A stretch of DNA of 64,000 bases from Nitrosopumilaceae archaeon (GTDB lineage: Archaea > Thermoproteota > Nitrososphaeria > Nitrososphaerales > Nitrosopumilaceae), in NCBI GenBank assembly GCA_965203465.1, contig CBDBCR010000001.1:416001-480000 (forward strand). Direction: 5' to 3'. The position numbers were made by a program, and so were the translations under genes. Under the pieces are notes generated by a model, which saw only the letters and a list, made by a program, of their open reading frames with translations, did no database searches and was not told the origin of the DNA. Positions 57,063 to 64,000 of this stretch are shown piece after piece; position 1 is the stretch's first letter, and every line of letters starts with the position of its first letter.

Positions 57063-57656
57063 ATGGCGCGGCCCGGATGCGCGCGCGTGGACGTAGAGCG
57101 CGAGCTTGCAGAGCACCAAGAGGCGGTGCGCGCCCTCGGCCGCGACGCCGGCACGCTCGAACGGATCGCCTCGCGCATCGCAGAGTGCCTGCGGTCGGGG
57201 GGGACGGTGTACCTGTGCGGCAACGGCGGCAGCGCGGCCGACGCGCAGCACGTGGCCGCCGAGTTCACCGGCAGGTTCTCGCGCGAGAGGGCGCCGCTGC
57301 CTGCCGAGGCACTGACCGCCAACACGTCGGCGATAACCGCGATAGGCAACGACTACGGGTTCGAGGAGGTGTTTGCGCGGCAGGTAAAAGCGCGCGTAAA
57401 AAAGGGCGACGTGCTAGCAGGCATCAGCACCAGCGGCGAATCCGAGAACGTGCTGCGGGCCGTGCACGAGGCGCGCGAGCTGGGCGCCTTTACTGTCGGG
57501 TTTACGGGCGGCCGGGACTCGAGGCTGGCAGGCGCCTGCGAGCTGTGCCTCAGAGTGCGGTCCGAAAACACCGCGCGCGTGCAAGAGGCGCACATACTGG
57601 CCTGGCACGTCGTCTGCGGCATGGTCGAAGAGTCCCTCCGGGCCGGCGGCGCGTAG
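57063..57656 (+). CDS. gmhA: Phosphoheptose isomerase (SIS domain)
   Basis: CGNGGSAADAQHVAAE, AIGNDYG, ISTSGES, RVQEAH; start may be the GTG at 57087. Confidence 0.9.
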   Translation: MARPGCARVDVERELAEHQEAVRALGRDAGTLERIASRIAECLRSGGTVYLCGNGGSAADAQHVAAEFTGRFSRERAPLPAEALTANTSAITAIGNDYGFEEVFARQVKARVKKGDVLAGISTSGESENVLRAVHEARELGAFTVGFTGGRDSRLAGACELCLRVRSENTARVQEAHILAWHVVCGMVEESLRAGGA

Positions 57657-57810
57657 CCTGCGTGCGGGCGCCCGCCCTTGGACGGACAGCCGAGGCGCCT
57701 GCCGCCGGGATTCTAAGCGGCCGAACCGCGCGATACTGATATATCCGGCCGGACGGACTGTGACGCGTGCAGGCCCGACTGCTTACGAAGCCCGAGTTGG
57801 AGGCGCGGCA

Positions 57811-58284
57811 ATGACGCGAGAGTCCATCGAGCTGGGATTCATCCTGAGGCAGATACCAGGCTGCGAGTTTTCCATGGACGAGTTCGAAGGCAGGCTGTCC
57901 CTCCAAAAGGTCGTGTACCTGCTACAGGCCTTCGGCGTCAACCTGGGCTACAGTTTTTCGTGGTACCTGCGGGGGCCGTACTGTTCGCTGCTCGCAACCA
58001 ACGGATTCACCCTGGAGCGAGTCTACAACATGCTTCCCGATCACCAGACGAAGTTTCGGAATCAGCGCGCGCAGAAAAAATTCCAGAGGTTCACGAAATT
58101 CATAAACGGCAAGGATCTCGAAAGCCTTGAGATACTCGCATCTGCTCACTACCTCAAAGAATGCTTGGGCTTGGACGACGAAACGACGGTGCGCAAGATA
58201 CTCGCCAAAGAGTGCACCGACTTTGACGAAGGCAAAGTCAGGGAGGAGTTAGAATACATAAAGACAGAGGGCTTGGTGCAATGA
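57811..58284 (+). CDS. Second YwgA/SocA-like winged-helix protein
   Basis: RLSLQKVVYLLQAFGVNLGYSFSWYLRGPY..LEILASAHYL; AT-richer than the flanks. Confidence 0.72.
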   Translation: MTRESIELGFILRQIPGCEFSMDEFEGRLSLQKVVYLLQAFGVNLGYSFSWYLRGPYCSLLATNGFTLERVYNMLPDHQTKFRNQRAQKKFQRFTKFINGKDLESLEILASAHYLKECLGLDDETTVRKILAKECTDFDEGKVREELEYIKTEGLVQ

Positions 58285-58502
58285 GCGCGGGCCCTGGCGG
58301 TACGGCGCCGGACACGATCAAAAAAGACACGGAAAAAATGATGTTTTACACCCTGTCGGACTTGAAAAAACACTGGGAGGGGGATCTAGAGCCCCTGAAA
58401 AAACTGGCGTTTGATGCGGACAGGCCGATAGACAGGATAAACATACCAGAGTCCGTAATACTGGATTTGTTGTATTCTGACGAGTTGAGGTACAAGGCAT
58501 GA
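58281..58502 (+). CDS. Small hypothetical protein
   Basis: 73 aa, ATGA overlap with the upstream gene. Confidence 0.55.
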   Translation: MSAGPGGTAPDTIKKDTEKMMFYTLSDLKKHWEGDLEPLKKLAFDADRPIDRINIPESVILDLLYSDELRYKA

Positions 58503-58518
58503 CGACGGCCGGATTTGC

Positions 58519-58945
58519 ATGATGCCGTACGCATTTGAGAATCTATGGCAGGATGTCGTTGGCAGCTTGTTTGCGGGAGCTGTCGCGGGCGCTGTCGCCA
58601 TACTGCTCTACGGGGCCACGAAACGGCATGAAAACCGAGTGAACAAACGCGACATGGCGTCAATACTGTATGGAGAAATATCCGAGTTTGCCAGCGACTA
58701 CGGTAACGAGAACGCAAAAAGTGGAATAAAGCCCTCCACGCTCATTTACGAGGGGCTTTTAAGTTCGGGCAACATCAAGTTCTTTAGCCAAGACATGCAG
58801 CGGGAGCTATTCGCTGTACGTTGAATTTGATCGAAGTTCACTAAGTGTCGACGAGACCAAGGTTGCCAAGATGATGAAAAGACTGGAATCTGTAATAGAT
58901 CTCCACAGCAAAAGGCGGTATTTTTTCATGCCCGATCCCCGGTAG
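58519..58945 (+). pseudogene. Single-TM protein interrupted by a frameshift near 58813
   Basis: ...IYEGLLSSGNIKFFSQDMQRELF continues in the +1 frame as LYVEFDRSS...RRYFFMPDPR* (TAG 58943-58945). Confidence 0.55.
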
Positions 58946-59067
58946 TTCGGCAGTCGCCGTAGCCCGGACCGATCGGGGGCGCCGGCGCCGCGCGGAGGCG
59001 GCCCGGCGGGGGGATTCGGGCCAAAAACCGCCCTAAACTTAAATACGAACCTTTCCGGCCCCGGGGC

Positions 59068-60342
59068 ATGGCAGGGCCCGATCCGTTCGACAACGCCACA
59101 AAGGAGGTCAACGACGCGTGCGACATACTAAAGATACGCGATCCCGAGATCCGCCGGTACCTGGCCATGCCCAACAAGGTCCTGCGCGTAAAGATACCGG
59201 TCCGCATGGACAACGGCAAGATCCGCATCTTTACGGGCTTTAGGAGCCAGCACAACAACGACCGCGGCCCCTACAAGGGCGGCATCCGGTACTTTGATCC
59301 CGAGGGCGGCGTGGAGTACATGGAGCGCGAGGTCATGGCGCTCTCGTCTTGGATGACCTGGAAGTGCGCCGTGGCCGACATACCGCTTGGCGGCGGCAAG
59401 GGCGGCATATTCGTAAACCCCAAAAAGGAAAATCTGAGCGCCGGCGAGATGGAGCGCCTCACGCGCAGGTTCGCCTTTATGATATCGGAGCTCATCGGGC
59501 CAGAAAAGGACATCCCCGCCCCCGACGTCTATACCACCGGCAAAGAGATGACGCAGATCATGGACACGTACGGCAAGCTGAACGGCAACACGTACCGGCC
59601 GGGCGTGACCACGGGCAAGCCCATAACGATGGGCGGCTCGCTGGCTAGGAACGTGGCCACCGGCCTCGGCACCGCCTACTGCGTGCGCGAGGCAGCTCCC
59701 GTCGCCGGCATAAGCCTAAAGGGCGCGACGGTGGTGCTCCAGGGGTTCGGCAACGCGGCCACGTTCGCCGGCGAATACTTGGAAAAGATGGGGGCGAGGT
59801 GCGTGGGCGCGAGCGATTCGCGCGGCTCGATACTGGTGCCGGACGGCTTCCACGTCTCGTCCCTGATGGGGTACAAGAAGAAAAAGGGCTCGGTGGTGGG
59901 GTACCCGAACAGCAAGACGGTCACGGCCGAAAAGCTGCTCACTTCAAAGTGCGACGTGCTGGTGCCGGCCGCGCTGGAAAACCAGATCACCCCAAAGATA
60001 GCAAAGTCGCTCCAGTGCAAGATAATAGGCGAGGCGGCCAACGGCCCCACGCTGCCCACCGCGGATCCGATAATACACAAGGCCGGCATCGTGCTGGTGC
60101 CCGACATCCTGGCCAACGCCGGCGGCGTGTGCATATCGTACCTGGAGTGGGTGCAGAACAACCAGGGCCTGTACTGGACGTTCGACGAGGTGGCCAAGAG
60201 CATGGAGGCAAAGATAACGGCCGGCTTCCGCGACACCCTAGAGCTGTCCAAAAAGCACAAGGTGGACATGCGCAAGGCCGCCATGGTGCTGGCAGTCGGG
60301 CGCGTCGTGGAAGCCTTTGAGCAGCGCGGCGTCTGGCCCTAG
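59068..60342 (+). CDS. gdhA: Glutamate dehydrogenase
   Basis: GPYKGGIRY, MTWKCA, GGGKGG, DIPAPDV, QGFGNA, EAANGP, NAGGV. Confidence 0.95.
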   Translation: MAGPDPFDNATKEVNDACDILKIRDPEIRRYLAMPNKVLRVKIPVRMDNGKIRIFTGFRSQHNNDRGPYKGGIRYFDPEGGVEYMEREVMALSSWMTWKCAVADIPLGGGKGGIFVNPKKENLSAGEMERLTRRFAFMISELIGPEKDIPAPDVYTTGKEMTQIMDTYGKLNGNTYRPGVTTGKPITMGGSLARNVATGLGTAYCVREAAPVAGISLKGATVVLQGFGNAATFAGEYLEKMGARCVGASDSRGSILVPDGFHVSSLMGYKKKKGSVVGYPNSKTVTAEKLLTSKCDVLVPAALENQITPKIAKSLQCKIIGEAANGPTLPTADPIIHKAGIVLVPDILANAGGVCISYLEWVQNNQGLYWTFDEVAKSMEAKITAGFRDTLELSKKHKVDMRKAAMVLAVGRVVEAFEQRGVWP

Positions 60343-60692
60343 AAGAGCTTCAGCCCGCCCGTCGCCCTGTCCACCAGATCGGACGGCGCCGGCCCCACAG
60401 AGACGCACGTGACGGTGCCCGGCTCCAGCTGGGTCAGCCCCGCGTCGGATACCTGCGCCCAGGGCAGGCCCAGCCGGGCCGCGCTTTTCTTTACCTCCTG
60501 GAGGCCGGCCACGCCGTCGACGCGCACGACCACCTTTTTCTGAAAGCCGGAGATCCAGGCCTCGAACCAGTCGGGGCGCGATCTTTTCGCGTTTTCGGCG
60601 GCCATAACGCACGCGTGGCCCACCTGGGCCGCGGCCTTGCCTTTGCCCATGCCCAGGTCGGCCCTTACGGCCACCGTCTGCTTGAACTCCAC
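60339..60692 (-). CDS. pth2: Peptidyl-tRNA hydrolase Pth2
   Basis: VRADLGMGKGKAAAQVGHA, DAGLTQL, VGPAP. Confidence 0.94.
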   Translation of the reverse strand: MEFKQTVAVRADLGMGKGKAAAQVGHACVMAAENAKRSRPDWFEAWISGFQKKVVVRVDGVAGLQEVKKSAARLGLPWAQVSDAGLTQLEPGTVTCVSVGPAPSDLVDRATGGLKLF

Positions 60693-60829
60693 GCGGGCCG
60701 GCTGCGGAGGTCCGCTCAAAAACCTTGGGCTAGGCGGGCCGCCTTTGCCGTCCAATCTTTATTAACGAGGCGCGAAAGGCCGCCGCAATGAACGGTCAGC
60801 CCGCCGGCTCTGCGTGGTTCGAGTAAGGC

Positions 60830-61108
60830 ATGGCGCCCGGCTCGGCCACGGCGCACGTGCTGTTGCAGTGCGCGGATCCGGATCACAAAAACTGCAAGGA
60901 TCTGCGCGATGCCCTGATGAGAAACTTTTTGGAGGTCAAGCAGGCCTCCATCGTGGAGACCGTGGGCGAAAGGGCGTTCTGCGTTAGCGGCATCGCAACA
61001 ATCAACCCCAAAAAGCGCCAAAAATTCGAGGCGGCTCTGCGCCGGATGAAAACGGGGCCGTCAGACTCCGAGGCCTTGGACGTAGAGTTGTACCTGGAGA
61101 CACGCTAA
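60830..61108 (+). CDS. 92-aa protein, possible divergent Lrp/AsnC (RAM)-like ferredoxin fold with three Cys
   Basis: beta-alpha-beta-beta-alpha-beta pattern AHVLLQC..DLRDAL..VKQASIV..FCVSGIA..KFEAALRRM..VELYLE; pseudogene paralogue at 6679-6960. Confidence 0.65.
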   Translation: MAPGSATAHVLLQCADPDHKNCKDLRDALMRNFLEVKQASIVETVGERAFCVSGIATINPKKRQKFEAALRRMKTGPSDSEALDVELYLETR

Positions 61109-61635
61109 CCCGCAATGCGCCCGCCCGGTCTTGGCCGTCTGCCTGGCTGGTTTTCGTGCGCGGACTCGTGCCCGGCGGAACGGGATTCGCGCGGGGAACC
61201 GAGTGCATGCGCGCTGCTGTTTTCATCGGCCCGCCTCTAGCGAATCGCGGACGTGCCGGCAAGGCCGCCGTCCGGCGAAATCGGGCGCCTCCGCTGGCAA
61301 CAGGCAAGGCGCCGTTCTACGTACGCAGAGCGCGGGGTTTTTGGCCCGCGCGCATGCCCGGCGCGCGGTTGTTCGGCTCTTGCAGAAGACGGCTACGGCT
61401 CCAATAAAACGGGCCAAGATGCCATGGGATCGGAAACGGGGCGCCGGGGGCGCGGCCGGTGGAGCCGCATCGCTTCCGCGCCGCTCCCCGGCTTGCGCGT
61501 CCGGAAGATCCACAAACCCGCAGCGGCGCGGAATTTCCGCCGCCCGCCGGAAGAGGCAGGCGCCCCTCTTCCCGGCGGCCGCGCGCCGGCCGGATCTCCC
61601 TTAGGCAGAAATAGGACGCCTGCGCGCGGGCGCGC

Positions 61636-62718
61636 GTGCACGACGTGGTGGTGGCCGGCGGGGGGATCTCGGGGATGCTGTGCGCGCGCGAGGCAGCTTC
61701 TGCGGGGCTCTCGGTGCTGGTGCTCGAATCGGGCCACGAGGTGGGCACCCCCGAGCACTGTAGCGGCCTCGTCAGCGAAAAGGCGCTCGCGGATCTGGGC
61801 CTCGAGCCGGGCGCCGTCGAATCCCGCATAGAGGAAGCAGAGCTTGTCTCGCCGTCCGGCCGGCGGCTCGAGATCGACGCGCGCAGGCAGCGTGTCCTTT
61901 GCGTGGACCGGCGCGCGCTCGACAAGCAGGCCGCCGCGCAGGCGCAGGAGGCCGGCGCCGAGATCCGCGTGGGGATGCAGGCCACGTCCGTCGCGTCCGG
62001 GTACGTGCGCGCCAAGGGCCGCGAGTTTGCATGCCGCACCGCCGTCGACGCGCGCGGCTCGGCGCGGCTGCGCGGGGCCATGCCGTCGGCCCAGTCCGAG
62101 ATCAGGGCGCCGTGGGCCGACGGGCCGGTGCAGGTGCACATAGACCTGGAAAAGTACCCGGGGTTCTTCGCGTGGATAATACCGACCGGGGATCGGCGCG
62201 CAAAGGCCGGCGCTGCCGGCTACGGCATCGACGCCGCGGCGGCCCTCGAGTCGTTCCTCTCGGGCAGGGGGCGATACTCTGTGCTGCGCCGCGTGCTGGC
62301 CCCCGTGTGGACCGGCGGCCCCCTGCCGTCGTTTTCGGCCGGCGGCGCGGTGCTGGTGGGCGACGCGGCAGGGCAGACAAAGCCGACGACGGCCGGCGGC
62401 ATCTACTCGTGCGGCATGGGCGGCGTGCTGGCCGGCAGGGCGGCCGGCGATCCGCCCGGGTACGAGCGCGCGTGGCGCGCCAAGTTCGGCGCCGAGTTCG
62501 CGAGGCAGCTGTCGGCCAGGCGCGCGCTAGAAAAGATGGGCAACGCCACCGTCGAGCGCGCGTTCTCGTCGGTGCGCCCCGAGGCGCTGCGGCGCATGTC
62601 CGAGTCGGGCGACTTTGACTTCCACGCCGGCTCGCTGATATCGCTGCTGGGAGTGCGCGGCTCGCTGGCCTCGGCCGCCTCGGCGCTATCGGACCGGCTG
62701 CGGGCCCTGCGTCAGTAG
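61636..62718 (+). CDS. Geranylgeranyl reductase-family FAD oxidoreductase
   Basis: DVVVAGGGISG, EHCSG, FAWIIP, VGDAAGQTKPTTAGGI. Confidence 0.88.
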   Translation: MHDVVVAGGGISGMLCAREAASAGLSVLVLESGHEVGTPEHCSGLVSEKALADLGLEPGAVESRIEEAELVSPSGRRLEIDARRQRVLCVDRRALDKQAAAQAQEAGAEIRVGMQATSVASGYVRAKGREFACRTAVDARGSARLRGAMPSAQSEIRAPWADGPVQVHIDLEKYPGFFAWIIPTGDRRAKAGAAGYGIDAAAALESFLSGRGRYSVLRRVLAPVWTGGPLPSFSAGGAVLVGDAAGQTKPTTAGGIYSCGMGGVLAGRAAGDPPGYERAWRAKFGAEFARQLSARRALEKMGNATVERAFSSVRPEALRRMSESGDFDFHAGSLISLLGVRGSLASAASALSDRLRALRQ

Positions 62719-63086
62719 TACTTTTTGGGCTCGGCCCTGCGCCCGAGCGCGTCGGCGGCCCCGACGAGCTCGTGCAGGCCGTGCTCTAGCAGGCCGGATA
62801 CGCGGTACGTGCAACCGTACCCGCCGCCGCCGCGCTCGACGAGCCGGTTCTTTTCCATCACGCGCAGGTGGTGCTCTATGGCCTTGTAGTCCATGCCGGC
62901 CGCGCGCGCGAGCTGGTGCCTGTTGAGCCCGCCGCCCAGCAGCAGGGCCACGATGCACAGCCTAGAGCGCCCCCCGCGCGTGGCCGAAAACATGTACTTT
63001 AGCAGGCTGCGCGTCTGCGGATCCACCCTGCGCGGGACCGCGGCGCACTCTATGGCCTGCCTCGCCTGCAGCAGCTGCGCGTCCAC
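62712..63086 (-). CDS. ArsR-like winged-helix regulator
   Basis: YMFSATRGGRSR..NRHQLA..DYKAIEHHLRVM..YG; start uncertain. Confidence 0.8.
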   Translation of the reverse strand: MDAQLLQARQAIECAAVPRRVDPQTRSLLKYMFSATRGGRSRLCIVALLLGGGLNRHQLARAAGMDYKAIEHHLRVMEKNRLVERGGGGYGCTYRVSGLLEHGLHELVGAADALGRRAEPKKYY

Positions 63087-63210
63087 GGGGGGCGTAGCGG
63101 GGTCCGGGCTATAAGCGGTTCTCCAGTTTATGTCCAAATTCGGCCCTAATGTCGGGCCCTGCGGCCGCCGGCCTTTCCCCCAGGCGGCCCGCGCCAAGCT
63201 CCGGCCGCGA

Positions 63211-63341
63211 TAGTTAGTCGCCTAACCCCCCTGTGGCAGGGTCGCCTCACGTCACTCTGCGTCATCCGTGCCTGATTCTCGGGTGGAAAGCGCGCCCCAG
63301 CGTAGACAACGGCCCTGCATCGGGGGTTGGGCAACCAACTA
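63211..63341 (-). ncRNA. Putative structured non-coding RNA with K-turn and ACA motif (alternatively a MITE)
   Basis: 20-bp terminal stem (17/20), inner GCAGGG/CCCTGC stem followed by ACA, K-turn CACG-GATGA...TGA-CGTG; flanked by GCCGCGA(TA) direct repeats. Confidence 0.5.
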
Positions 63342-63386
63342 GCCGCGATATACCCTTAAATTAACACGGGGCCGACCGGCGGCGTT

Positions 63387-64000
63387 ATGATGGGCTCGCG
63401 CGGCTACGACATGACGCCCACCATGTACTCGCCGGACGGCCGCATATACCAGGTAGAGTACGCAATCGAGACAGTAAAGCGCGGGACGCTGGCCATCGGC
63501 GTGCGCGGCACCGACGGCGTGGTCATGGCCGTCGAGGAGCGCCCGCAGTCGCTGCAGACCGGCGAGGTCACCCAAAAGATATTCCAGGTGGACGGCCACA
63601 TAGGCGTGGCCGCGGCCGGCTACATACCCGACGCGCGAGTCCAGGTGGACAACGCGCGCTCGTTTTCGGCCGGCAACCGGCTCTACTACGACGAATCCGT
63701 CGAGGTCGAGACGGTCGCAAAGTACCTGGCGGATCAGTGCCACCAGTTCACGCAGTACTCGGGGGTGCGCCCGTACGGGGTCGCCCTCATAATAGCGGGC
63801 GTCGACCAAAAGGGCGGCTCGCTGTACGTGACGGATCCGAGCGGCACGTTCGTGCCATTTACCGCGGTGGCGATCGGCTCGGGCTCCGAGGAGGCCACCG
63901 CGTTCCTGGAGAAAAACTATTCAAAGGACGCCGACGTGTCGTCCGCCGCCGTGCTGGCAGCCGGCGCCATACTGACAAAGTCCGACCAGCTCGACGGGCG
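63387..64000 (+). CDS. psmA: Proteasome alpha subunit (runs off the window end; absent from the ORF track)
   Basis: MMGSRGYDMTPTMYSPDGRIYQVEYA, GTLAIG, RPYGVALIIAG, AIGSGS. Confidence 0.95.
   Translation, partial: MMGSRGYDMTPTMYSPDGRIYQVEYAIETVKRGTLAIGVRGTDGVVMAVEERPQSLQTGEVTQKIFQVDGHIGVAAAGYIPDARVQVDNARSFSAGNRLYYDESVEVETVAKYLADQCHQFTQYSGVRPYGVALIIAGVDQKGGSLYVTDPSGTFVPFTAVAIGSGSEEATAFLEKNYSKDADVSSAAVLAAGAILTKSDQLDG

Noticed and set aside
61109-61635. Possible degraded PIN gene in a 520-bp gap
   Set aside because: Only vague fragments (ECMRAAVFIG, ALAEDGYG) in different frames; not supportable without a profile search.
63211-63341. 5S rRNA
   Set aside because: Similar size but no 5S consensus such as CCCGTTCCGAAC or CGATGGT on either strand.

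Overview
GC-rich 64-kb chromosomal segment of an ammonia-oxidising archaeon (Nitrososphaerota, Nitrosopumilaceae-like gene content). The GC level is far above free-living marine Nitrosopumilus, so a host-associated (for example sponge-symbiont) lineage is a plausible inference. Core genes include mcm, amoX/amoA (without amoB/amoC), archaeal nirK, cofD/cofC, trpEGDCBA, pyrG, ileS, aconitase, pdxS/T, gdhA, ribosomal proteins, a divergent ftsZ and psmA. There are six tRNAs, two with BHB introns at non-canonical positions. Short AT-richer accessory pockets between core genes hold mostly decayed toxin-antitoxin or defence-type genes. The best candidates for undescribed biology are: (1) a putative defence cluster at 45.8-49.7 kb, with an EVE protein coupled to a PD-(D/E)XK exonuclease, then a YwgA-like wHTH gene and a frameshifted SAMHD1/YwfO-like HD hydrolase; (2) an unannotated ~130-nt structured element with a K-turn and ACA motif beside psmA; (3) a 16-nt motif shared directly in front of the amoA and nirK start codons; (4) a MITE family and a 41-bp repeat-spacer-repeat. 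All family calls come from reading motifs by eye, and no database searches were run.
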